Shown: positions 56,601 to 64,000 of the stretch, one piece after another
Layout: each line of letters opens with the position of its first letter
Numbering within the stretch: position 1 is the stretch's first letter
Virus record (IMG/VR): IMGVR_UViG_3300045988_161245
Coordinates: 64,001-128,000 of that record
DNA length: 64,000 nucleotides
Origin: a virus
Direction: 5' to 3' (one strand)
Program-made: the position numbers and the translations under genes
The notes under the pieces: generated by a model
The model's input: only the letters and a program-made list of their open reading frames with translations
Databases searched by the model: none
Told to the model about the DNA's origin: nothing

Positions 56601-59600
56601 TATTTCTCCTACAGGTGTATCTGATGCAGTAAACTTTGGTGAGAATCAAGCAATGTTTGAAAGATACTTCCAGGATACATCTACTGGTGTTGAGAACTTC
56701 TTAGAAGATCTACAGAAGCTTGACCTTGCTTCTAATGAAAGTGGTCATTGGACCAGTACATTAGGAAATAACCTTGATGAAATGCGAGACGCTGCACAGA
56801 GACTTAATATGGGCTTTGAACCATTTATGATGATGTTTGGTCGTCTCGAAGATTATGGTGCTACTACTGACTTCTTCACTACGGAAGAGGATGGGCAACA
56901 GCATTTATCTGATCTCTATCAGCAGATTGCAGAAAAGAAACAAAAACTTGCAGAAATTAAAGCAGATCCGGATTTAGCTGGCGATCAGTCTGCTATTGAT
57001 TCTCTCAATAAAGATTTAGATGAACTTTATGCGAGAGTAGAAAATACAAAAACTGGAATTGAAGAGCTTCCGGACAAAGCAACTTATTATGAAGCAAAGA
57101 ATCTCGAACAGGCTAAATCAGTTATCACTCAGATGCAGGACGAAATTAATCAGGCAGCTGCAGAAGGAAATGATGAATTAGTCAAAATTCTTGAAAAGAC
57201 TCGTGATCAATATTTAAAAGAAAACGGATATATTCTTAAAGAACAGCCACAAGGTCCAACTCAGCAAGGGACTATTGAAAATCCGTTAGCAAGAGAATTC
57301 ACAAATCCAACTAAATTTGGCGATTATGAGACAGTCATCAAGAAGATTCAGAATGCGACAGATGAACAGACATCTTCTCTTGAGAAAAATCTTAAAGTAT
57401 TAAGCCAATATTCTGAATCTCAGCTCAGTGGAATCAATTTATCCGATGGACAGTATGATACCGGTTTTGAGGATGCCGAACAAGCACTTGACAACCTTTC
57501 TAGCACATTTGGTCTTACAAAAGATCAAGCGGTACAGTTAGCAGCTGTTCTTTCTGATATGGGGCTGATTAAAGCAACTCCTAAAGTTGACTTAACTACA
57601 GTTCAGGATCAGATTGATAATGCAAAAGATGAGTTACAGGATAGTAATATTACTGTTGATTTAGATTTTGATATTTCTACTTCTAGTAAAGAAGAACTTC
57701 AAAAAAAGAGTCAAGAAATTCAGAATGAGCTGAATAATAACGCATCTCTTTCTGATTCTCAAAGAACATCTTTACAGGGAGTAAAAGATTCTGTTGATAA
57801 CCAGGTTGTTACGCTTACAGTACAGGAAAAAGTTGAAAAAGATGGTGATGTAGACGAGCTTCTTGCAATGGATGATCAAACACTTGCCACAACACTTGAC
57901 CTTGATGTTAATAATGCTGACCAATTATCAACAGCTAGGGATGAGCTACAATATATTAAAGACAATCAAGATGCTCAAATTGATATGACTGTTAAACTGG
58001 ATGAGACACAGTTTAATCAGCTATTAGGTGACGGTGAGAACGCTTCTATTGATGTTACAGCAAACAATGAAGAAGCAAAAGAAAAGATAGATGAAGCTAA
58101 GAACTATGCAGAAAGTCAGAAACCTCAAATGAAAATTGATGGCAACAATGATCCTGCTATCAATAAAGGTACTTCTGCTACTCAGATGATCAACAACATG
58201 ACTGGAATTATTAAGGTTAATGCTGACACATCGGGTATGGCAAGTGCTATTAATTCTGAATTGTCAAAGCCTCATACTATCAATATTTCCGCAAATGTGT
58301 CTACGCATGTTAGTGGTGGAACAGGTAAATCTACAGGAACTATGATTAGTGTCGCTCATGCCGATGGAACTGCTTATAATGTTATCAATTATACTCCTGC
58401 TCACGCAAGCGGAAATGTAACACTTTCACATGATGAAACTGCTTTAGTTAACGAAGAAGGCATTGGCGCTGAATCAATTGTGCGTGATGGTAAATGGATG
58501 ATTATTCCTGGTGGTGCCCATTTTGAAAATCTAAAAAAAGGTGACTTAATCTTCAATAAAAAGCAGACATCCGAGCTTATCAATTCAGGACATGTTACAT
58601 CTGGAGGTGGACATGCTAGAGCTTATGCAAATGGTACTGTTGGTGCTTATGCAGGAGGTAATTCTGGTGTTTATTTAAACTGGGATAAAAATCGTACTCA
58701 AGTTGGCAATCAGTCAACATCATCTCCCTCTAATTCCACAATTACCGATAAAAATACAACTTCTGTTAAGAAAAATACAGACACCGTAAATGACAATACC
58801 GAAAAGATAAAAAAATCTACTAAGGTATATGACTGGGTAGAAACTCGTATTAAGCATTGGTCTGATCAGGTTCAAAAAATCGCTGATAAAATCACCGACT
58901 ATATTAAGAAATCACTTAAAACATCTTTGCTCAAACAGCAAATTCGTAAGATGAACTATGAGATTGGTTCAAATGAAAAGGGTGCAAAAGCCTATATGAA
59001 AAAGGCTAACTCTATAGCAAACGAGTACACTTATTACAATAGTGATGGCGAAGAAATTAAAACCAATGTACCAAAGAAATATCAGAAGCTTGTCCAAACA
59101 GGTGCTTATCGTATTGAAGATATGGACACTTCAACAGATCAGGGTAAGGCTCTGGCAGAGGCTATCGATCAGTATAAGACATATTATGACAAAGCACAGG
59201 ATTGTAAACAGGCTGTTGTTGATCTGAAAAAAGAGCAGCTGGAATTGTTTGAACAGTGGGCAAATATGCCAACTGAAAAAGCAGAGCAGAAATTGGAACG
59301 TTTACAAAACGGATTTAATGGATTGAATGCAACTCAGTCAAGGTTATCTGCTGTTCAGACAGGTGGATCAACACAAAAAGCTATAGCAGACGCTGCTACT
59401 GCAAGTTACGAATCAGCACAGGTAGTTACAGAAAAAGCACAATCAAATCTTGACACAGCAACTGCGAAAGCAGATAAGGCAACTACAGCTGTAAATAGAA
59501 AGAAAAAAGCACTTCTTAAATCAAAAGGTCTTACGAATGAGCAGAAAAAAGCTATTAAATCCGGAAAGACTATTGATACCAGTAAGATTACTAACAAGAC

Positions 59601-61755
59601 TACGAAGAAACGTGCCGAAGAGTATAATTCTGCAGTTAAAAATAAAAAGAAAGCAGATTCTAAAAAGAAAACGGCTCAGACTAAATTTAACACTGCAAAT
59701 AAGAATTCTTCATCTCTTAAGACAGATGCAGAAACAGCAATCGCCGGATATCAGGAAGGAAACGAACTTTCCTATATGGATTCCTTAACTGATCAGAATG
59801 TGACACAGACAAAGCAAGCTGCAGATATTAACAACAAGGCTTGGGAGGAAACTAAGAAAAATCTTAACGCACAGGAGAAAGCCAAGAAACAAGCAGACGA
59901 TAAGGTTAGTAAAAAAGCTAAAGCTATTAAGAAAAAGTTTGGTAGTAAACTGAGTGATAATCAGAAAAAGAAATTAGCAGCAGGTAAAGAAATAAATGTC
60001 GATAAGATAAAAGACAAGTCTCTTAAAAAGGCTCTTACAGCATATAATAAATATGTTACTACTGCAGCCGAAACAGAACAGAAATTAAATATTGTCACAG
60101 ATGCAGAATCAACAGCGGCAGCTAATGCAGCGGAATCACAGACAGAAGCAGCTAAAGCCACAGTCGAAGCTATTCAAAGTAAATTTGATAATGCGAAGAC
60201 GTATTATGAAGGATTGTTAGGATATCAGGAAAAGTATAATGAAATGGAAGAAGCAAACATTGATTTATACAATGCTCATGGAAATTATGAGCGTTCTTCT
60301 GATTATGAGATTAAGATCTCAAATACTGAAAGTCTGAGAAATATTGCACAGGATAAAGTTGATGAGCTTGAGAAAAGATTTCAAGAAGGTGTTGATAATG
60401 GCACAATTGTAGAAGGATCTCAGGAATGGATTAATATGAAATCCGAGATTGTAGAAGCAAAAAAAGCTGTAACCGATTACGACACAAGTATTGAAAATCT
60501 GAAACAGCAACAAATTGGTGTTTATTATGAAGAACAGTTTGATCGTGCAATAGAGAAAATTGATCAGTTCAAGGACCGTATTGATATACTAAATGAAATC
60601 ATCTCTGATGATATGAAAGTTGATAAGAATACTGGACTACTTACAGAATTGGGAGCTACTTCTGTAATGTTGAATAGAAATCAGTTTTCTGCAAATCAGA
60701 AAGAAATACAAAAGCTTCTTGAAAAAGAAAATGATGTGAAAAAACGATACGCTAATGGCGAAGATATGTCTTCTGAATTTGGCGAAAAGACTTATGATGA
60801 ATATATAAAAGACATTCAGTCTAAATATAATTCTTTAATTTCATCAAATAGTTCTCTTCAAAATGATATGCTCTCTCTTGTCAAAAATCAGGCTCAAGCA
60901 GAACTTGATGCTCTTAATAAAGTAATATCTAAGCGTAAGGAAGCCCTTTCCGCAAAGAAAGACTATTACGATTACGATAAAACTTTAAAGGATAAGACTA
61001 AAGACATTCAGATCCTTGAACGTCAAGCGGCAGCTCTCCAGGGTTCAACAAACGCTGAAGATAAAGCACGTTTGGCAAAGATCCAGGAACAATTATCAGA
61101 TGCAAGAGAAGATCTTTCTGATACTATGACAGACCATGCTTTCAGTATGCAAAGTGATGCGCTTGATAAATTATCCTCAGATATGAGTGATGATTTTGAC
61201 AAATGGTCTAACGACATAAGCTCTAACGTAGAGAAAATGAGTAAAGCTATTAATGAAGCAGTTTCAAATTCTGCTCTTAGTAATGCGCAGGTTCTCAATA
61301 ATCTTTCTACTATTCTGAAAAATGTTGGATTAACAGATGAGCAGGTTAACTCTACATTATCAGGACTTACCGGTTATGCTTCCGGAACTGACTATGTTCC
61401 AAAATCTGGTATGTACAGAGTTAACGAAAATGGAATGGAATCTGTACTGTCAAGAAAATACGGTACTCTCACATTCTTAAATCAGGGCGATAAAGTATTT
61501 ACAGCAGACTTCACCAAGAGACTTATTGATAATGCAGGTATTGCCACACAGAGTAGTCAACCACAATTTGGCGAGATGTATAAGGAACTTATGAATGCGA
61601 TTACCAACACAAACAATCAGTCTTATGAACATAGTACAGTTTACAATATTGTTGTAAATGAAGCTACTGATGCAAACGCAGTAGGTGATATTGTCGTTAA
61701 GAAGATCGATGCATACGAAAAGAAGCGTGTAAGAGATTTTAAGAGTCTCAGATAA
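53611..61755 (+). CDS. tape measure protein, exon 3 (2714 codons)
   Basis: The giant ORF (track 53608..61755) has no RBS. It starts with a hydrophobic segment (LGSMAVAAAAAWAIG) that complements the one ending exon 2. It is dominated by coiled coil and carries a TMP C-terminal-type motif twice. Confidence 0.7.
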   Translation, partial: VFNYDKATGKVGSNKNNLENALTEVKDFFLKKQDIEKPYTLSKDEYSFFERMKKELSDSQLNGSAEDSKDAMLQLAEEITGADSSLVKYIQDTDVASVSQVGFAQSQKTVIQGTTKFSAVMKTAGGVAKSFVATLGSMAVAAAAAWAIGKVIEGIDYLYHYDENIIKAGQEAKDSIDSTFKSFEEGKQSIMDLGSSFGNQTEQIKNTGDAIDQVAEKYVELRKGVNQNTNENVSLSTDEYQQYIDLSSKLASQFPGLVAGYDSQGNAVLNLASNADKAADSIRNLYEAQVSSANVDMGKNLQATYDGVVTQTSQYAEDIQKKRDELEQLDTDISENKRSILTYGSNNFEVQGLYGDKENVITDVLKENGLYKENTGDDGSIWNFYAEGLADKSKKEIDRMNEQITAGLESYNLSLETQRSQLQSEINSYDLMIEDQWRSMAQSLGNYLQTSKSFNELDDSLQSAFLANISNLDLTALNDPDGKYQGQVLDFLYGEFIGPMSRFSADVQESLADALQIDPSKLTIDEYKSQVDEAFNKAFPKEEDADKRDRFKNAYGIDSSIEDMEDNASRLKEAYADFPNASDFIDHMQTGDLSIAAQLIDNGSVDIEKGTDGLVSAIERYKKTVAEAKSDTTLASVLGDSDNEISSSIDSLQSDISSLSDTLTKLKTGEFKDSDLTDLIQQFPQLADQTDNLQEAISNLQADKLKSTLKKIDDSMDGASDEELANAQKLKDSLIKSVDLSDINSDKITESIKSAFEGDGGSRYIAAEHGAKAAEEYNQAFSKELKNSAGREAFYKATLNQDAVKQGPDAIRELYNQYLKTAKDIIQDTDIQSQLTNYQDKYQSLYQAQKDLKNGLMTGSTKKTFLDKFPDLAKYAGNTETLSSAIDDLMDSMDSDVTNQFTDAIKALQDAGQYADASALQSYVEAVLDGAHDIEGAYQKIAGLKIPTPKYAELKEALESSNEGDLYNELLSQYKTAKEAWEKGEVGTDDFKSFASIISPTGVSDAVNFGENQAMFERYFQDTSTGVENFLEDLQKLDLASNESGHWTSTLGNNLDEMRDAAQRLNMGFEPFMMMFGRLEDYGATTDFFTTEEDGQQHLSDLYQQIAEKKQKLAEIKADPDLAGDQSAIDSLNKDLDELYARVENTKTGIEELPDKATYYEAKNLEQAKSVITQMQDEINQAAAEGNDELVKILEKTRDQYLKENGYILKEQPQGPTQQGTIENPLAREFTNPTKFGDYETVIKKIQNATDEQTSSLEKNLKVLSQYSESQLSGINLSDGQYDTGFEDAEQALDNLSSTFGLTKDQAVQLAAVLSDMGLIKATPKVDLTTVQDQIDNAKDELQDSNITVDLDFDISTSSKEELQKKSQEIQNELNNNASLSDSQRTSLQGVKDSVDNQVVTLTVQEKVEKDGDVDELLAMDDQTLATTLDLDVNNADQLSTARDELQYIKDNQDAQIDMTVKLDETQFNQLLGDGENASIDVTANNEEAKEKIDEAKNYAESQKPQMKIDGNNDPAINKGTSATQMINNMTGIIKVNADTSGMASAINSELSKPHTINISANVSTHVSGGTGKSTGTMISVAHADGTAYNVINYTPAHASGNVTLSHDETALVNEEGIGAESIVRDGKWMIIPGGAHFENLKKGDLIFNKKQTSELINSGHVTSGGGHARAYANGTVGAYAGGNSGVYLNWDKNRTQVGNQSTSSPSNSTITDKNTTSVKKNTDTVNDNTEKIKKSTKVYDWVETRIKHWSDQVQKIADKITDYIKKSLKTSLLKQQIRKMNYEIGSNEKGAKAYMKKANSIANEYTYYNSDGEEIKTNVPKKYQKLVQTGAYRIEDMDTSTDQGKALAEAIDQYKTYYDKAQDCKQAVVDLKKEQLELFEQWANMPTEKAEQKLERLQNGFNGLNATQSRLSAVQTGGSTQKAIADAATASYESAQVVTEKAQSNLDTATAKADKATTAVNRKKKALLKSKGLTNEQKKAIKSGKTIDTSKITNKTTKKRAEEYNSAVKNKKKADSKKKTAQTKFNTANKNSSSLKTDAETAIAGYQEGNELSYMDSLTDQNVTQTKQAADINNKAWEETKKNLNAQEKAKKQADDKVSKKAKAIKKKFGSKLSDNQKKKLAAGKEINVDKIKDKSLKKALTAYNKYVTTAAETEQKLNIVTDAESTAAANAAESQTEAAKATVEAIQSKFDNAKTYYEGLLGYQEKYNEMEEANIDLYNAHGNYERSSDYEIKISNTESLRNIAQDKVDELEKRFQEGVDNGTIVEGSQEWINMKSEIVEAKKAVTDYDTSIENLKQQQIGVYYEEQFDRAIEKIDQFKDRIDILNEIISDDMKVDKNTGLLTELGATSVMLNRNQFSANQKEIQKLLEKENDVKKRYANGEDMSSEFGEKTYDEYIKDIQSKYNSLISSNSSLQNDMLSLVKNQAQAELDALNKVISKRKEALSAKKDYYDYDKTLKDKTKDIQILERQAAALQGSTNAEDKARLAKIQEQLSDAREDLSDTMTDHAFSMQSDALDKLSSDMSDDFDKWSNDISSNVEKMSKAINEAVSNSALSNAQVLNNLSTILKNVGLTDEQVNSTLSGLTGYASGTDYVPKSGMYRVNENGMESVLSRKYGTLTFLNQGDKVFTADFTKRLIDNAGIATQSSQPQFGEMYKELMNAITNTNNQSYEHSTVYNIVVNEATDANAVGDIVVKKIDAYEKKRVRDFKSLR

Positions 61756-61765
61756 ACACAGGATG

Positions 61766-61796
61766 GCGTAGTGTCACAGCTACGCTCTCTTTTATT
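61766..61796 (+). terminator. Rho-independent terminator after the TMP gene
   Basis: gcgtag-tgtcacag-ctacgc followed by TCTCTTTTATT. Confidence 0.55.
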
Positions 61797-61818
61797 AATT
61801 TTGAACAGAGGTGCAATT

Positions 61819-62037
61819 ATGTATGTAAAATTTTTTGATTGTGAATTATTTATTGATTCACATGAAATAAAAATAAAAAATAAAAGAGGAAGTTCCGGAC
61901 AATCTTATGGCGAACATTTTATTCCACCAAATAATGTAAAGGATCTCGTTGAGGAATTTCTAGTTCCAACTGTGTATCAACATAAGTGTATTGAAGAACT
62001 TATGAAAAGAAAACCAGATCCTAACATTAAGTGGTAG
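61819..62037 (+). CDS. small partner protein S2 (MxVKxFD family), convergent with and overlapping peptidase copy 2
   Basis: 72 aa. The ATG at 61819 has an AGAGGTG RBS. Paralog of 50425..50616. Confidence 0.55.
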   Translation: MYVKFFDCELFIDSHEIKIKNKRGSSGQSYGEHFIPPNNVKDLVEEFLVPTVYQHKCIEELMKRKPDPNIKW

Positions 62038-62587
62038 GCGATATATTTTCATTAGCAGTAACCGTACCATTAATTGATGAATCTGTTCTAGCTCTTTCTT
62101 CAATCATTTTTGCAATTTTAAATTTGATTGCTTTAATATCATCATTTTCTTTATCAAAATTTAATACACAATCCAAATCTCCTATAGAGACAGTTCTTTC
62201 TTTAAAATAGTCATAGTTGCCAATAGCTGTTTCACTAGCTCCAATAACATACAAATGTGGATTATTATTACTATCATAACCGGCAGCTAAAAAATGTAAA
62301 TCACCTTTTTCATTTTTATAATTTTCTTTTTCGTATTTTAAAGCTTCTTTATAGATGCTATCAACATCCCATTTACTGTAGTCAAGATGAACTAAATTTA
62401 TATGTATTCTTAAAGGTGTTATTTTTGTATCGTGACCAGCAAAAGCAACAATTAAAGAATTGTTAAATTTAAAGACTTTTCTTGTATCTTCTGTAAGAAC
62501 TTCATTAGTTATTGGATTTACAGATCTTCCTTCTCCGTACACAATAATATCATTATCTTTTGAGATTGCAGCAATTACTAGACTCAT
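62027..62587 (-). CDS. HslV/proteasome-beta-like Ntn hydrolase with N-terminal Ser (copy 2)
   Basis: The ATG at 62587 has a GGGAGAGAAG RBS. The first 16 residues (MSLVIAAISKDNDIIV) are identical to copy 1 and the rest is diverged. KVFKFNNSLIVAFAGHD. Confidence 0.6.
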   Translation of the reverse strand: MSLVIAAISKDNDIIVYGEGRSVNPITNEVLTEDTRKVFKFNNSLIVAFAGHDTKITPLRIHINLVHLDYSKWDVDSIYKEALKYEKENYKNEKGDLHFLAAGYDSNNNPHLYVIGASETAIGNYDYFKERTVSIGDLDCVLNFDKENDDIKAIKFKIAKMIEERARTDSSINGTVTANENISPTT

Positions 62588-62687
62588 CTTCTCTCCCATC
62601 CTTCAAACAAATCTATATATAAAATCCATTATGATTCAAGTAATAATTTTTGTCAATAATAGTCTGAATAGAAAGTAGGTGATTAAT

Positions 62688-63635
62688 ATGGCTATATTTG
62701 GCTCTTCTTTTACATATAACGGAAAATCTTCCGATGATTTTGGAGTTATTATTTGTGCCTCTGAACAGCCAGAATCAATTCCAATGGGATTAACAAGAGA
62801 AATTTTAAAAGGTGAAATTACAAGCAGACGACCTGTATCAAATTGGTATAATACAAAATATTCAGATGTACTTACATTTGAAGTAACAATTACCAAACCT
62901 GAAAATCGTGCTTTTTCAAGAGAAGAAGTTAGAGATATAAACGCCTGGTTAACAGGACCACGTACACCTACTCTTCTATTTTTTGAAGATGAAGCTTTTG
63001 ACCCTATTAATTATTATGGAGTTTTTACAGATGTAACTAACGTATATGGCAGTGGTGTTTTAATGCTTACATATACATTTACTGCAGATTCCCCATATGG
63101 ATGGAGTAACGAACGTGAGTTTGCTTACAACAACTTAGAGAATTGTTTACTTACAGTAAATGATAAAAATGTATCTGTAAACAATAAAAATGTTGAGGTG
63201 ACAATTCAAAACGCAGAATTATTTGAAGTGAACAATGATACAGATGAGATTGGTGATTTTACATATCCGTTAATAGCAATTTATTCTTATGCAGGTACGC
63301 AAATTACAATTGATAATTATTCCGAAATTTCTACTGATGATTTATTAAGTCATAGTCTTACTCTTACAATTCCAAATGCAATTGATTACACAAATCCACT
63401 TTATATAGATTCAAAAAATCATAAAATTTATTATTACAGTAATACAAAGAAAAAGAATATTCCGGTTCAATTATCCGATCTTGGGGTTACATCTGACAAC
63501 CTTACAAATTTAGATAATGGTAGTTTGGGATTATATTGGGTTAGGTTAGTTCCTGGTGTAAACAAATTTAAAATAACAGGTGGATGCAGTATTAAAATGA
63601 CATTCAGATGCCCAAGAAAGGTAGGTGCCTATTAA
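62688..63635 (+). CDS. distal tail protein (Dit)
   Basis: MAIFGSSFTYNGKSSDDFGVII...LKGEITSRRP...YSDVLTFEVTI fits the siphovirus tail-component N-terminal pattern. Lies downstream of the TMP gene, after the inserted 61819-62587 module. Confidence 0.65.
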   Translation: MAIFGSSFTYNGKSSDDFGVIICASEQPESIPMGLTREILKGEITSRRPVSNWYNTKYSDVLTFEVTITKPENRAFSREEVRDINAWLTGPRTPTLLFFEDEAFDPINYYGVFTDVTNVYGSGVLMLTYTFTADSPYGWSNEREFAYNNLENCLLTVNDKNVSVNNKNVEVTIQNAELFEVNNDTDEIGDFTYPLIAIYSYAGTQITIDNYSEISTDDLLSHSLTLTIPNAIDYTNPLYIDSKNHKIYYYSNTKKKNIPVQLSDLGVTSDNLTNLDNGSLGLYWVRLVPGVNKFKITGGCSIKMTFRCPRKVGAY

Positions 63636-64000
63636 TGAATTTTAATTACGACTATTTTGGGCTTGCTGAACCGGCTCGTTTTTATTTATGCAAAACAGAT
63701 AATACAATAATCTGTGAATTAAATGGAATTGATCTTCAATCTGTCAGTTATACGAAACAGCTTAATAATTTTGATACTATCCAGTTTGATGTACATAGAT
63801 ATGTGAACTGCGAAGAATCTAATGGATATGACATGCTTGACGAGGCAATGTACATATTTGTTGATGGAATTGGATATTTTCGTATGTCCTATCCGGAAGT
63901 TTCAAATGATGGATTTGATGAATATAAATCAATATTTGCACAATCATGCGAATGCGAACTTGCATTAAAAACCCTAAAAAACTTTAAGATTAATACAGGT
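63635..64000 (+). CDS. tail-associated (Tal-like) protein, 5' part (truncated by the window end)
   Basis: The ATG overlaps the Dit stop. MNFNYDYFGLAEPARFYLCKTDNTIICELNG... Assigned by position after Dit. Confidence 0.5.
   Translation, partial: MNFNYDYFGLAEPARFYLCKTDNTIICELNGIDLQSVSYTKQLNNFDTIQFDVHRYVNCEESNGYDMLDEAMYIFVDGIGYFRMSYPEVSNDGFDEYKSIFAQSCECELALKTLKNFKINTG

Overview
The whole window reads as one low-GC, Firmicutes-type tailed phage or prophage, probably temperate and siphovirus-like: it has an integrase, Cro/CI-like and RHH regulators, and Dit/Tal genes but no sheath gene. Layout: (1) 57-6848, about 20 small leftward early genes, including ParB-like, HicA-like and an HTH regulator. 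(2) 6.9-9.6 kb, a long non-coding control region with palindromic operators, a strongly G-depleted kilobase and 22-bp iterons. (3) 9.6-21 kb, rightward genes: a P-loop NTPase, a 927-aa YonO/RdRP-like two-barrel RNA polymerase candidate, an initiator-like tRNA-Met, PIN-PhoH, ClpP-like protease, metallophosphoesterase, HU and a tyrosine recombinase. (4) 21.5-23.4 kb, a G+C-richer ORF-free block carrying tRNA-Tyr, tRNA-Pro and two aberrant tRNA-like elements; this may be a large structured RNA. (5) 23.4-44 kb, packaging, head and tail genes with free-standing Vsr/DUF559-like homing-endonuclease cassettes and a structural gene that appears to be split by two tandem ORF-less group I-like introns. 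(6) 45.0-61.8 kb, a tape measure gene that appears to be one roughly 3,540-codon reading frame in three exons. Intron 1 (1.8 kb) carries a homing endonuclease. The second interruption (4.3 kb) has group-I-type P1/P10 pairings and carries an island of mostly antisense genes: a Ser-Ntn HslV/proteasome-like peptidase with a small convergent partner, a DUF2513-like wHTH, an HExxH metallopeptidase and zinc-ribbon proteins. The peptidase-plus-partner pair recurs right after the tape measure stop. That duplicated convergent module and its intron-borne island are my best candidate for an undescribed system. All functional calls come from motif recognition by eye and gene order. No searches were run.
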